A stretch of DNA of 64,000 nt from contig CAKNJS010000003.1 of the NCBI GenBank assembly GCA_930986645.1, forward strand, positions 52,635 to 116,634. The letters are read 5' to 3'. The stretch's first letter is position 1, and every line of letters starts with the position of its first letter. Below, in pieces: positions 1 to 9,813 of this stretch. The notes beneath the pieces were generated by a model that saw nothing but the letters and a program-made list of their open reading frames with translations, did not search any database and had not been told where the DNA came from. A program made the position numbers and the translations under genes. The DNA comes from an uncultured Lachnoclostridium sp. (lineage in GTDB: Bacteria > Bacillota > Clostridia > Lachnospirales > Lachnospiraceae).

Positions 1-142
1 CCTCAATACGGGCGCAGGTTCTTCTAAGCTTGTTTTCTTCTTTCCGGCTGATAGTCTCTATGGCCTGAGCCGTAAGTCCCAGCGGGTCGCTTATGGCGAC
101 TCCGACAGTTTTTGTGCCATAGTCAAGTCCCATAATCCTCAT
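1..142 (-). CDS. ruvX: Holliday junction resolvase RuvX/YqgF (5' part only; runs off window)
   Basis: Manual translation from ATG at 142: [31 protein letters not shown], the YqgF/RuvX N-terminal motif; follows ireB as is usual in Firmicutes. Confidence 0.9.
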   Translation of the reverse strand, partial: MRIMGLDYGTKTVGVAISDPLGLTAQAIETISRKEENKLRRTCARIE

Positions 143-148
143 AACAGA

Positions 149-412
149 TTATTCCCATGAGTTGTGTTCAATATACGCTTTTAAGAGTTCTTCAACCAGC
201 TCGTCTCTCTCCACCTTCATAACGAGGCTTCTCGCTCCGTTATAGCTGGTAATATAAGTAGGATCACCTGACATAATATATCCGACAATCTGATTGACCG
301 GGTTGTATCCTTTTTCTTTCAGAGCCTTGAACACAATCTCAAGAATATCTTTTGCTGAGATCTGCGGTCCGGGCTCTACCTGAAAGAATTGTGTATTGCT
401 AAGATCACTCAT
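149..412 (-). CDS. IreB/ReoM (DUF965) family regulatory phosphoprotein
   Basis: ALKEKGYNPVNQIVGYIMSGDPTYITSYNGARSL signature; AGGAGG RBS. Confidence 0.92.
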   Translation of the reverse strand: MSDLSNTQFFQVEPGPQISAKDILEIVFKALKEKGYNPVNQIVGYIMSGDPTYITSYNGARSLVMKVERDELVEELLKAYIEHNSWE

Positions 413-489
413 CGTATCTTCCTCCTTCTTAGTATTTTCAAATTACATAAAATCCCTATTTACAATTCTAATATAATCACCGTCAAAAT

Positions 490-1821
490 TCAACGTATAA
501 TTTGTGAATCGTTTTCAATTTGCACTTTTACAATACGGTTTTTAAGATTTTCACTGCTTTCCACAGCTATTTTAATATACTCTTTTGTATGACCTGTCTG
601 GACTTTTTTCCCGTTGACCAGAGCATCTTCCTCCACCAGAACATCTACCGTCTTTCCGATAAATCTCTGCTCATAGGCGTTTCTCTTTTTCTTGTCCAGT
701 TCGATCATCTCGGCACTCCTAGCCGTTTTGACCTGCTCGTCAATCTGCCCGTCCATACGGGCTGCTTTTGTACCCTCACGCTTTGAATATTTAAAAATAT
801 GCGTTTCGTAAAAATCAACCTTGTCCACAAACGCAAGCGACTGACGGAATTCTTCTTCCGTCTCTCCCGGAAAACCTACGATAACATCGGTCGTAAGAGC
901 CGGATCTTCAAAGTATTTTCTCAGAATACAGCATTTTTCGTAGTACTCTGCACTTGTATAGTGCCGGTTCATCCGTTTCAGTACGGCATCGCACCCGCTC
1001 TGAAGCGACAAATGAAAATGAGGGCAGATTTTCGGAAGTCTGCTCAATTCTGACGCAAAATCCGACGTAATAATTCCGGGCTCCAATGAGCCGAGCCGGA
1101 TCCTTACAATGCCTTCAACCTCATGTACCGCGCGGATCAGATCAAGAAGATGCCTCTCGCCGTCAAAATCAATTCCGTAAGAGCTCAGATGGATTCCCGT
1201 CAGCACAACTTCCTGATACCCGTTGGCCGCAAGGCTCTTCACTTCGCTTACCACATCTTCCTGTTCTCTGCTGCGGACTCTTCCTCTTGCATAAGGGATA
1301 ATGCAATATGTGCAGAACTGGCTGCATCCATCCTGAACTTTAATGTATGCACGCGTGTGGTCGCCGGGTTTTGTCAGATGCAGCTTTTCATATTCATGAG
1401 TCTGATTAATATCTTCGATCTCAGCAACAGCGCGGGGAGCTTCCGCCTCGCATTCTGCCGCTGTCTTTTCAGCACTCCTCTTCAAATCATAATCCTCGAG
1501 TATCTTTATCAGATCCTTCTTATGATTATTTCCCAGCACAATATCAATACACGGATCGATTTCTTTTCCGTCCTGTGCCTGTACATAACATCCTGCCGCA
1601 ACTACGACCGCATCCGGATTCATTTTTCTTGCCCGGTGAAGCATCTGACGTGATTTTCTGTCCGCAATATTGGTCACCGTACACGTATTTATTATATAGA
1701 TATCTGCTCCTTCTTTGAAGGGAACGATCTCATATCCTGCATTTTCAAGCATCTCCTGCATTGCTTCTGTCTCATATGCATTTACTTTACAGCCAAGGTT
1801 GTGCAGCGCTGCTTTTTTCAT
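490..1821 (-). CDS. mtaB: tRNA t6A37 methylthiotransferase MtaB (radical SAM)
   Basis: LGCKVNAYE, NTCTVT, GCSQFCTYC (CX3CX2C), C-terminal TRAM domain. Confidence 0.92.
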   Translation of the reverse strand: MKKAALHNLGCKVNAYETEAMQEMLENAGYEIVPFKEGADIYIINTCTVTNIADRKSRQMLHRARKMNPDAVVVAAGCYVQAQDGKEIDPCIDIVLGNNHKKDLIKILEDYDLKRSAEKTAAECEAEAPRAVAEIEDINQTHEYEKLHLTKPGDHTRAYIKVQDGCSQFCTYCIIPYARGRVRSREQEDVVSEVKSLAANGYQEVVLTGIHLSSYGIDFDGERHLLDLIRAVHEVEGIVRIRLGSLEPGIITSDFASELSRLPKICPHFHLSLQSGCDAVLKRMNRHYTSAEYYEKCCILRKYFEDPALTTDVIVGFPGETEEEFRQSLAFVDKVDFYETHIFKYSKREGTKAARMDGQIDEQVKTARSAEMIELDKKKRNAYEQRFIGKTVDVLVEEDALVNGKKVQTGHTKEYIKIAVESSENLKNRIVKVQIENDSQIIR

Positions 1822-1851
1822 AATTATTTACCTCTTTTTTCCTCTTGTTTC

Positions 1852-1880
1852 TTGACTTTTCCCAGTGCATCTCGTAGAAT
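1852..1880 (+). promoter_or_regulatory. Sigma-A-type promoter of HPr-like gene
   Basis: TTGACT-17bp-TAGAAT. Confidence 0.6.
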
Positions 1881-1935
1881 AGACATGAGGCGGAAAGCCT
1901 TACTTTATTGTATGATTCAAGGAGGGACTATTAAA

Positions 1936-2169
1936 ATGAAAACCGTACAGATTTCATTAAACTCAATCGACAAAGTAAAATCTTTTGTAAACGAGATCAC
2001 AAAGTATGACAATGACTTTGATTTAGTATCCGGAAGATATGTTATAGATGCCAAATCAATCATGGGTATCTTCAGCCTTGATCTCTCTAAACCGATCGAC
2101 CTCAACATTCACGCTGACGGAAATGTAGATGACATTCTTGCAGCTCTGGATGCTTACATCATCAAATAA
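1936..2169 (+). CDS. HPr family phosphocarrier-like protein (lacks His15, keeps Ser46 motif)
   Basis: GGAGG RBS then MKTVQISLNSID...IDAKSIMGIFSLD; 77 aa; start re-called from the ORF track. Confidence 0.88.
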   Translation: MKTVQISLNSIDKVKSFVNEITKYDNDFDLVSGRYVIDAKSIMGIFSLDLSKPIDLNIHADGNVDDILAALDAYIIK

Positions 2170-2185
2170 TTGATTTATGGTACAT

Positions 2186-2218
2186 AAAAAGCTGTCTCAT
2201 TGCGAGGCAGCTTTTTTT
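2186..2218. terminator. Bidirectional intrinsic terminator between HPr-like gene and thiI
   Basis: aaaaGCTGTCTC-attgc-GAGGCAGCttttttt. Confidence 0.8.
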
Positions 2219-2227
2219 GCTGTCCCA

Positions 2228-3418
2228 TTATTCCCCGTATGATACAGTAATTACTTCTGCTGTTTCAATTGCTGTCTGCATCAGATCGTCAATCTTCTCT
2301 TCCAGATTCAGCTCTGATTTGGCAATCCTCTCCACATTCGGCTTTGTCACCGGATGTTTTGCCACAAAAATTGTGCAACAGTCTTCATAGGGCAGAATAG
2401 ACGTCTCATATGTGTTAATCTTTTCCGAAATTTCCACGATCTCTTTCTTATCAAATCCGATAAGCGGACGGTAAACCGGAAGCGTGCATACTGCATTGGT
2501 CGCAGCAAGGCTCTGCATTGTCTGACTTGCCACCTGACCGATGCTCTCTCCAGTGATCAGTCCGAGACATCCGTCTTTCTTTGCAAAATGTTCTGCAATC
2601 CTCATCATATATCTGCGCATAATAATCGTCAGCTCGTCATGCGGACATTTTTCGTAAATATAAAGCTGGATATCCGTAAAATTTACAATATGAAGCTTAA
2701 TCGGTCCTGCATATGCCGATACCAATTTTGCAAGATCTACCACTTTTTCTTTCGCACGCTCGCTCGTATACGGCGGTGCATGGAAATAAACCGCTTCGAT
2801 CTCCACGCCTCTCTTAGCAATCATATATCCCGCTGCGGGACTGTCGATTCCCCCTGATAAAAGCAGCATAGCGCTTCCATTTGTTCCCACCGGCATACCG
2901 CCCGGACCGGGGATAATCTCCGAATAGATATAGACTTCTTCGCGGATCTCTACATTCAATCTGATATCAGGCGTGTGAACATCCACTTTCATCTCCGGAT
3001 AAGCATCGAGAACTGCTTCTCCCAATTCGCAGTTGATCTCCATAGAATTCATCGGATAACGCTTATTCGCACGTCTTGCCTCTACTTTGAATGTCTTGTT
3101 GCCTTCCGGATACATCTGTCCTACATATGCGATAATATCTTTCTTCAGTTCCCCTATTTCTCTGACCGGTTTTCTCACTACGGGACAGATTCCGACAATT
3201 CCGAATACTTTCTTAAGATTTTCTACCGTCTCTTCGTAATCGTACTCACCTTCACAGTCCACGTACACTCTTCCGTGGCATTTATGAACGATAAACTCTC
3301 CGTCCACATCTTTTAACGCATATCTGATCTGCCGTACAAGAGCATCCTCGAACATATAACGGTTCTTTCCTTTGATTCCGATCTCACCGTACTTGATCAA
3401 AAATGAATGAAATCTCAT
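2228..3418 (-). CDS. thiI: tRNA 4-thiouridine synthase ThiI
   Basis: KYGEIGIKGKNR, THUMP domain, LLSGGIDS PP-loop, GESIGQVASQT, EDCC. Confidence 0.95.
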   Translation of the reverse strand: MRFHSFLIKYGEIGIKGKNRYMFEDALVRQIRYALKDVDGEFIVHKCHGRVYVDCEGEYDYEETVENLKKVFGIVGICPVVRKPVREIGELKKDIIAYVGQMYPEGNKTFKVEARRANKRYPMNSMEINCELGEAVLDAYPEMKVDVHTPDIRLNVEIREEVYIYSEIIPGPGGMPVGTNGSAMLLLSGGIDSPAAGYMIAKRGVEIEAVYFHAPPYTSERAKEKVVDLAKLVSAYAGPIKLHIVNFTDIQLYIYEKCPHDELTIIMRRYMMRIAEHFAKKDGCLGLITGESIGQVASQTMQSLAATNAVCTLPVYRPLIGFDKKEIVEISEKINTYETSILPYEDCCTIFVAKHPVTKPNVERIAKSELNLEEKIDDLMQTAIETAEVITVSYGE

Positions 3419-3462
3419 ATTTCTCTCCTTTGCTGACGCACGCCGCCGTACGCGGCGTTTCT

Positions 3463-4620
3463 TCAGTGCCGTGTATATCTTCTAAGCATCGGTATACAAT
3501 TATATAGTGTTTCCAGTGTATAGTCAATTTCTTCTTTTGTCGTAAACTCCGACATACTGAACCGCAGCGTTGCATCCAGATATTCTCTTGCAGCCCCGAT
3601 TCCTTTAAGCACGCCGCTTATCGACGGGTGATTTGACGAACAGGCCGACCCTGATGACACATAAATTCCCTTATCCTCAAGCGTATGCAGAAGAACTTCA
3701 CTGCGCACGCCTGCCACGCCGAGGCTGATAATGTGAGGTGCGCTGCCTTCATCCGTAAAGCCATGTATTGTGGTATTCTCAATTTTTGAGACTCCCTCGA
3801 TAAAACGGGCTTTAAGTTCCCTCATAAGCGCTGTCTTCATCTCCAGATCCTGATAGATCATCTTCGAAGCCAGCCCCAGTCCAGCAATTCCGGGTACATT
3901 TTCCGTGCCTGATCGTATATTTTTCTGCTGTTCCCCGCCAAACACGATCGGCTTGATCTTTACTTTACTGTCAATGTAAAGGAAACCAATTCCTTTCGGT
4001 CCGTGAATCTTATGTCCGCTCGCTGTCAGAAGGTCAATCCCCATACGTTTCGGCCAGATCCTGTACTTGCCGTATCCCTGTACCGCATCCGTATGGAACA
4101 GGATCGAAGGCTTATAATTCTTAACGATCCTTACTGCCTCCTGAACCGGCTGTACCGTTCCAACTTCATTATTTACGTACATTATCGATACGAGGATTGT
4201 CTCGGGACAGAGCGCTTCCTTTAACGCCTCCAGTTTAATCCTGCCTTTCGCATCCACCGGGAGATAGGTAACTCGGAATCCCTCTTCCTCTTCAAGATAC
4301 CGCATTGTATTTAAGACAGCCGGATGCTCGATCGATGATGTAATAAGATGATTTCCGTTTCTCCGGTTAGCTCTTGCACAGCCGATCAGGGCAAGATTGT
4401 CACTTTCCGTGCCTCCGGACGTAAAAAAAATCTCTTTTGCATTCACTTTGAGCAGCTTTGCGATCGTCTCTTTCGACTCACGGATATAATGCTCCGCCTG
4501 TACACCCTTCCGATGCATTGACGACGGATTGCCGTAATCCCGGCACATAACTTTATATACTAACTCCCCTACTTCCGGATAACACATGGTCGTAGCAGAA
4601 TTGTCAAGATAAACTTCCAT
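3463..4620 (-). CDS. Cysteine desulfurase (IscS/NifZ type, likely ThiI sulfur donor)
   Basis: YLDNSATT, GNPSS, SGHKIHGPKG (PLP Lys), SSGSACSS; adjacent to thiI. Confidence 0.92.
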   Translation of the reverse strand: MEVYLDNSATTMCYPEVGELVYKVMCRDYGNPSSMHRKGVQAEHYIRESKETIAKLLKVNAKEIFFTSGGTESDNLALIGCARANRRNGNHLITSSIEHPAVLNTMRYLEEEEGFRVTYLPVDAKGRIKLEALKEALCPETILVSIMYVNNEVGTVQPVQEAVRIVKNYKPSILFHTDAVQGYGKYRIWPKRMGIDLLTASGHKIHGPKGIGFLYIDSKVKIKPIVFGGEQQKNIRSGTENVPGIAGLGLASKMIYQDLEMKTALMRELKARFIEGVSKIENTTIHGFTDEGSAPHIISLGVAGVRSEVLLHTLEDKGIYVSSGSACSSNHPSISGVLKGIGAAREYLDATLRFSMSEFTTKEEIDYTLETLYNCIPMLRRYTRH

Positions 4621-4646
4621 TTGCTTTCTTCCTTTATACTTCTTAC

Positions 4647-5399
4647 TTATAAATTATGATTGCTGCTTTCAAGATGATACATGAGAATCGATAGTACTGT
4701 CAATCCCGCCGTCTCGGTTCTCAAAATACGCTTTCCCAGCGTGACAGGCTCTGCACCGTACTTTTTTGCAAGTACCACTTCTTCTGTCTCAAAGCCTCCC
4801 TCCGGACCGATAAAAATACCGACAGACTGTCCCGGTGCAATATTTTCAATAATCCGGGCAGTCTTGTCCATTCCCTCCTCCAGCTCATAGGGAATGAGGA
4901 CGATATCCATATCAGATGCCGTGTCAAGAGCACCGGTGAAAGTAGTCACCGGCCGCACCTCCGGAATCAGGCTGCGTCCGGACTGCTCCGCCGCTCCTTT
5001 AGCAATTGCCTGCCAGCGCTCCTGCTTTTTCTTCGCTTTCTTTTCATCCAGCTTCACGATCGAGCGCTTTGCCGAAAACGGAACAACAGCGTGTACTCCC
5101 AGTTCCACTGCCTTCTGTACGATCCAGTCCATCTTGTCACCTTTGGGCAGTCCCTGAAAAAGGATAATCTCTGACGGGAGCTCCGTATCAGAGTCCTGCT
5201 CTTTTAAAATATCCAGAACCGCTTTTCCCTCTTCATAGGCGTCTATACTGCATAAATATATTCTTCCGGTTCCATCGCTGATCCGTACATCTTCTCCCGG
5301 TTTCATTCTGAGTACATTTTTAATATGATTTACATCAGAACCTTCTAATATGATTTTCCCATCCCTGCACCATGAGGGATCTGCAAAAAACTGCTGCAT
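4647..5399 (-). CDS. rsmE: 16S rRNA m3U1498 methyltransferase RsmE
   Basis: HIKNVLRM, QKAVELG, AAEQS, IGPEGG, LGKRILRTETA. Confidence 0.95.
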   Translation of the reverse strand: MQQFFADPSWCRDGKIILEGSDVNHIKNVLRMKPGEDVRISDGTGRIYLCSIDAYEEGKAVLDILKEQDSDTELPSEIILFQGLPKGDKMDWIVQKAVELGVHAVVPFSAKRSIVKLDEKKAKKKQERWQAIAKGAAEQSGRSLIPEVRPVTTFTGALDTASDMDIVLIPYELEEGMDKTARIIENIAPGQSVGIFIGPEGGFETEEVVLAKKYGAEPVTLGKRILRTETAGLTVLSILMYHLESSNHNL

Positions 5400-5417
5400 A
5401 CTCTCTTTTTACTCCTG

Positions 5418-6371
5418 TCAGTTTTTACGCGCTGTCACGCAGACCCATTCCCCCTGATAAGTCACGTCAAGGACTTCAAGTCCTGCTGCCTTCACTGCAT
5501 CAACTACAGTCTGCTCTTTATCATCTATAATACCGCTTGTAATATAGATTCCTCCGGACTTTAACTGGTTTACGATAACCGGTGTAAGCTGTACAAGCAC
5601 ATCTGCAAGAATATTCGCCGCGACAATATCATAGCAGCCATATCCCACCTTATCCTGCACCTCTTTGTCGTCTATGATGTTGCCGATCATCACTTCATAA
5701 CGGTCTTTTGGAATCCCGTTGACCTCCATGTTTTCATAGGATGCTTCAATCGCGCACGGATCAAGATCTGTTCCCACAGAGTAAGCCGCTCCGAATTTCA
5801 GTGCCAGCATGCCGAGGATGCCGCTGCCGCATCCAACATCCAGAATCTTTGTCCCCTCTGTCACGTATTTACGGATCTGCCGGATACAGAGCTGCGTCGT
5901 CTCATGCATACCGGTTCCGAACGCAGTTCCCGGATCAATGTGGATCACCATCTTGTCACTGTCTTCCGGTTTTATCTCTTCCCATGATGGAATGATAAGA
6001 ATATCATCCACATAAAACTGATGAAAATACTGTTTCCAGTTGTTTACCCAGTCCACATCCTCGGTCTCAGACTCCTCGATCAGGCACTCCCCGACATTCA
6101 GATACGCGGACATTTCCTGAAGTTCTCTTCTGATGTCCTCCAGTATTTTTTCTTTGTCCTCTTCCGGTTCCAGATAGAAACTCAGATAAGCCACTCCGTC
6201 ATCCGCCTCAATTTCCGGCAGGATATCAACGAACATCTGCTCCTTGTCAGACTGTGTCAGAGGAACTTTATCCTCAATCTCCACCCCCTGAATTCCAAGA
6301 TCCATAAGCATGCTGCTGACAATATCCTCTGCCTCAGTTGTTGTCTTCAACCGGAATTTATTCCATTTCAT
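5418..6371 (-). CDS. prmA: Ribosomal protein L11 methyltransferase PrmA
   Basis: DWVNNWKQYF, DPGTAFGTGMHETT, LDVGCGSGIL, ANILA; start re-called at MKWNKF after GAAGGAG. Confidence 0.94.
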   Translation of the reverse strand: MKWNKFRLKTTTEAEDIVSSMLMDLGIQGVEIEDKVPLTQSDKEQMFVDILPEIEADDGVAYLSFYLEPEEDKEKILEDIRRELQEMSAYLNVGECLIEESETEDVDWVNNWKQYFHQFYVDDILIIPSWEEIKPEDSDKMVIHIDPGTAFGTGMHETTQLCIRQIRKYVTEGTKILDVGCGSGILGMLALKFGAAYSVGTDLDPCAIEASYENMEVNGIPKDRYEVMIGNIIDDKEVQDKVGYGCYDIVAANILADVLVQLTPVIVNQLKSGGIYITSGIIDDKEQTVVDAVKAAGLEVLDVTYQGEWVCVTARKN

Positions 6372-6393
6372 TCTTTGTACTCCTTCTTCCGTT

Positions 6394-7284
6394 TTATTTA
6401 CTCCTATTTTCTTTTTCAAACCAGAGATTCAGATCTACATTTGCATTGATTCCCGGTACTGCGCCCGACTCGCTGTACTGCCACATTTTATAGTCATACG
6501 GACACTGGGGAATTTCGTGATAATCCGCATACCAGAAATCATACTCCGAAAGTTCTGACATATCAAGCGTAAATGCCATCCACTTCATATTTGAATAGAT
6601 CATCGGATTATATCCCGCCTGCTCAACAGTCTCGCAAAACACTTTACAATAATTGGTAAAATCCTGCTTTGTATTGTCATCCGTGCGGGCTGTATCCCAT
6701 TTTATCTCCTCTGTATCATATACAACCGGCCCCGTTATTTCATATGGAGCCAGATGATCCAGCACAAACTCTGCCTCCTGAACAGCTTCAGCGGCACTGA
6801 CTGCCTGAGAGAAAAAGTAGACACCCGCATCAAGTCCGGCATCCAGCGCTCCTTTAATATTCTTCTCAAACATAGCATCAGGTACCAGCTCTCCGCTTTC
6901 CCCATAGGCACGATATCCCAGACGGATGATAACAAATTCAACACCGCTGTCTTTTACCTGCTGCCAGTCGATTTCTTCCCCCTGAAACTCGGAGACATCA
7001 ATCCCGAACCGTGCTGTTACACCGTTTTTTTCATCATTAAAAGATTTGTATCCCGTTGTTTCATCTGTCTCAAGGCAGTCAAAATCATACGTACACCTCG
7101 GCACATCCTCCAAAAGAGGAGCTTCATAACTGTTGCCTTCCACATCCTGAAAAGTATAAAATTCACCGTCTTTTGTCATGTGGATTGTTTCCCCGCCGGC
7201 AGATGTCTCTTCTGCATTAGACGCACATCCAGCCATCAGTCCGATAAGGGCCAAAATGCATATAACTGCTTTTCCCCTATTCAT
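6394..7284 (-). CDS. GH25 (lysozyme/muramidase) lipoprotein
   Basis: Lipobox LMAG-C; GIDVSEFQG, VVYDTEE (DxE), MWQYS, NVDLN. Confidence 0.85.
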   Translation of the reverse strand: MNRGKAVICILALIGLMAGCASNAEETSAGGETIHMTKDGEFYTFQDVEGNSYEAPLLEDVPRCTYDFDCLETDETTGYKSFNDEKNGVTARFGIDVSEFQGEEIDWQQVKDSGVEFVIIRLGYRAYGESGELVPDAMFEKNIKGALDAGLDAGVYFFSQAVSAAEAVQEAEFVLDHLAPYEITGPVVYDTEEIKWDTARTDDNTKQDFTNYCKVFCETVEQAGYNPMIYSNMKWMAFTLDMSELSEYDFWYADYHEIPQCPYDYKMWQYSESGAVPGINANVDLNLWFEKENRSK

Positions 7285-7714
7285 AATCAGCCACCTGCAT
7301 CTCATCCCCGGTGCGTATAATCCCGCCCCGGATTACTTTCGCAAACACACCTTCTCTGGGCATGATGCACTCTCCCATTTTCTGAAATATCTGGCAACCG
7401 TGATGGCATTCTTTTCCGATCTGGGTAATCTCAAGTACTACATTCCCGCAGCAGAGTCTGGTTCCCACCGGCAGAGTGCGGAAATCAATTCCTTTCACGA
7501 CGAGATTTTCTCCGAAAGCGCCGTCCGTTACCTCAGCTCCCCGTGAACGGAACTCCTCAATTTTATCGTAAGAGAGAAGGCTCACCTGACGGTGCCATTT
7601 TCCCGCATGGGCATCTCCCTTTATTCCGTAATCCTCTATAAACACCGCTTCATTTATATTGGTTTTCTGCGTGCCTTTTGCAGGGCTTGTGCAGACTGCG
7701 ATCACTGTTCCCAT
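7277..7714 (-). CDS. MOSC domain protein
   Basis: GDAHAG, RQVSLL, GAFGENL, ITQIGKECH, CIMPREG. Confidence 0.9.
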   Translation of the reverse strand: MGTVIAVCTSPAKGTQKTNINEAVFIEDYGIKGDAHAGKWHRQVSLLSYDKIEEFRSRGAEVTDGAFGENLVVKGIDFRTLPVGTRLCCGNVVLEITQIGKECHHGCQIFQKMGECIMPREGVFAKVIRGGIIRTGDEMQVADYE

Positions 7715-7723
7715 TCTGATTAT

Positions 7724-8755
7724 CTATCCTCCGATCTGAGACATATCTTTTGTCTCAAACATCTGCCTGTTTTCTTTTCCTTCCGGGCAGTTATCTTTAT
7801 CACGATCCGGGTTAATACCGGAAATACAGCGGGTAAAATCATGGCAGGCCGGTTTTTCATAAATAGTCCTTCTCATCTCATGGCAGATATGTGCATCATC
7901 TGATCCGCTTCGAATCAGTTTTCTCAGGTCGGTTCCCATTCCATACTGAAGACAGGGTTTGAGACATCCCTCTGAGGTCAGCCTGACACGGTTGCATCTG
8001 TCGCAGAACTGGTGAGAGACAGCATCGATAAAACCGATCTTCCCTTTAAATCCGGGGAAACGGACATAAACCGCCGGACCGTTTCCATATTTTTCGGCGC
8101 ATTCTTCTGCATTTCCAAACTCTTTTTTTAATATCTCATAAATCCGGTCTCCGCTTATCCCCTTAAACATTTTTCCAAGTCCGATAGGCATCATTTCTAT
8201 AAAACGTACATCCAGTTTTTCCTTCCTCGCCAGACCGGCAAGCCGAATCCATTCTTTTTGATCCATCCCCGCCATTGGCACACTGTTAATTCTGACGGTC
8301 AGATCCGGATAAGAAAGTGCTGCTTCAAGACCTTCGAGCGCTTCTTCCAGTTTTCCGCCTCTGGTGATATCTGCATAGTGGCGTGAATCAAGAGTATCAA
8401 TACTGATATTGACCCCGTCCAGACCATTGGAAACTAATTCATGGATATTTTCTTTTAATAATATGCCGTTTGTCGTCAATGTAACCTGCTCGATGCCGGG
8501 AATATCCTTAATCATCTTCAGCAGATCCGGCAGACCGCGCCGCACGAGAGGTTCTCCTCCGGTAAGCTTGATCCTGCTGATCCCAATCGTCGAGGCGATC
8601 CGGCATATCCTTGCTATTTCGTCATAGGTGAGGATGTCGCTGTGTCTGACACAGGGGACTCCCTCTGCCGGCATGCAGTAAATACATCGGAGATTGCAGC
8701 GGTCTGTCACAGAGACTCTCATATATTCAATCGATCTTTCAAACCGGTCTCTCAT
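7724..8755 (-). CDS. moaA: GTP 3',8-cyclase MoaA
   Basis: RVSVTDRCNLRCIYCMP, TGGEP, FCDRCNRVRL...PCL, C-terminal GG; ATGA overlap with mog. Confidence 0.93.
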   Translation of the reverse strand: MRDRFERSIEYMRVSVTDRCNLRCIYCMPAEGVPCVRHSDILTYDEIARICRIASTIGISRIKLTGGEPLVRRGLPDLLKMIKDIPGIEQVTLTTNGILLKENIHELVSNGLDGVNISIDTLDSRHYADITRGGKLEEALEGLEAALSYPDLTVRINSVPMAGMDQKEWIRLAGLARKEKLDVRFIEMMPIGLGKMFKGISGDRIYEILKKEFGNAEECAEKYGNGPAVYVRFPGFKGKIGFIDAVSHQFCDRCNRVRLTSEGCLKPCLQYGMGTDLRKLIRSGSDDAHICHEMRRTIYEKPACHDFTRCISGINPDRDKDNCPEGKENRQMFETKDMSQIGG

Positions 8756-9252
8756 CGTGCACACTCCCCGTCACGTCCGGTCAGGATCGCCAGCCCGTGA
8801 TCCAAAGACGGAAGTACAGCCTCAAGATTCTCTTTCACCGCTTTCGGACTTCCCGGAAGATTAATGATCAGGGTCTGCCCCCGGATTACTGAAACGCCCC
8901 GGCTGAGCATTGCCCGAGGCGTTATCTTCAGAGACGCAAGTCTCATAGCTTCCGCAATTCCGGGAGCGTTTCTCTCAGCCACAGCCATCGTTGCTTCCGG
9001 GGTACAGTCCCTCGGCGCAAATCCTGTACCACCGGTAGTGAAAACTATATCGTTACCTTCTTCATCGCATAATTGGCAAAGGCATTTTTTGATTTTTTCT
9101 TTTTCATCAGGGAGTAACACCGTCTTCTGCACGTCATACCCTGCATCCGTAAGCATTTTGCAGATAAGAGGACCGCTCTTGTCTTCCCGTTCTCCTGCAA
9201 AACCTTTGTCGCTCAAAGTTACAACAGCAGCTTTCCACCTATACCCTTCCAT
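8752..9252 (-). CDS. mog: MogA/MoaB molybdopterin adenylyltransferase
   Basis: TLSD, DKSG, TTGGTGFAPRD, NLPGSPKAV. Confidence 0.9.
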   Translation of the reverse strand: MEGYRWKAAVVTLSDKGFAGEREDKSGPLICKMLTDAGYDVQKTVLLPDEKEKIKKCLCQLCDEEGNDIVFTTGGTGFAPRDCTPEATMAVAERNAPGIAEAMRLASLKITPRAMLSRGVSVIRGQTLIINLPGSPKAVKENLEAVLPSLDHGLAILTGRDGECAR

Positions 9253-9270
9253 ATTCTCATCTCCGTCTCT

Positions 9271-9813
9271 TCAAAGTATATCCAGCTCTTTCTTCTGAGC
9301 TCCTGAAGATTTTGTATCAGATGCTCTTCTGCAGTCATGCGGGTCATTATATACATCCCCGCTCTTTCCTCCCGTCTTTTTCACGAGATAAATCTCGCCG
9401 ATTTCCATCGTCTTGTCCATAGCTTTACACATATCATAGATCGTAAGGAGGGCCACGCTCACACCGGTCAGTGCTTCCATCTCCACCCCGGTCTTACCTG
9501 TAACTTTCACTGTACAGGTACAGTATATGGCACATTCGTCAACATCCATATCAAAATTGATCTTACAGTTTGTGATCGGAAGTATATGGCACATGGGAAT
9601 CAGGTCTGATGTACGCTTTGCCCCCATGATTCCGGCCGTCGCCGCCACACCGAGCACATCTCCTTTTCCGACAGTGCCGGCCTTTATTGCCTGAAACACA
9701 TCTCGGTTCACAAGGATCTTTCCTGTTGCCGCAGCTTCTCTTACGGTTTCGGATTTTGCCGTCACATCGACCATGACCGCCTTGCCGTTTTCATCAAAAT
9801 GTGTAAATCCCAT
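9271..9813 (-). CDS. moaC: Cyclic pyranopterin monophosphate synthase MoaC
   Basis: FTHFD...[37 protein letters not shown]; start re-called at MGFTH. Confidence 0.93.
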   Translation of the reverse strand: MGFTHFDENGKAVMVDVTAKSETVREAAATGKILVNRDVFQAIKAGTVGKGDVLGVAATAGIMGAKRTSDLIPMCHILPITNCKINFDMDVDECAIYCTCTVKVTGKTGVEMEALTGVSVALLTIYDMCKAMDKTMEIGEIYLVKKTGGKSGDVYNDPHDCRRASDTKSSGAQKKELDIL

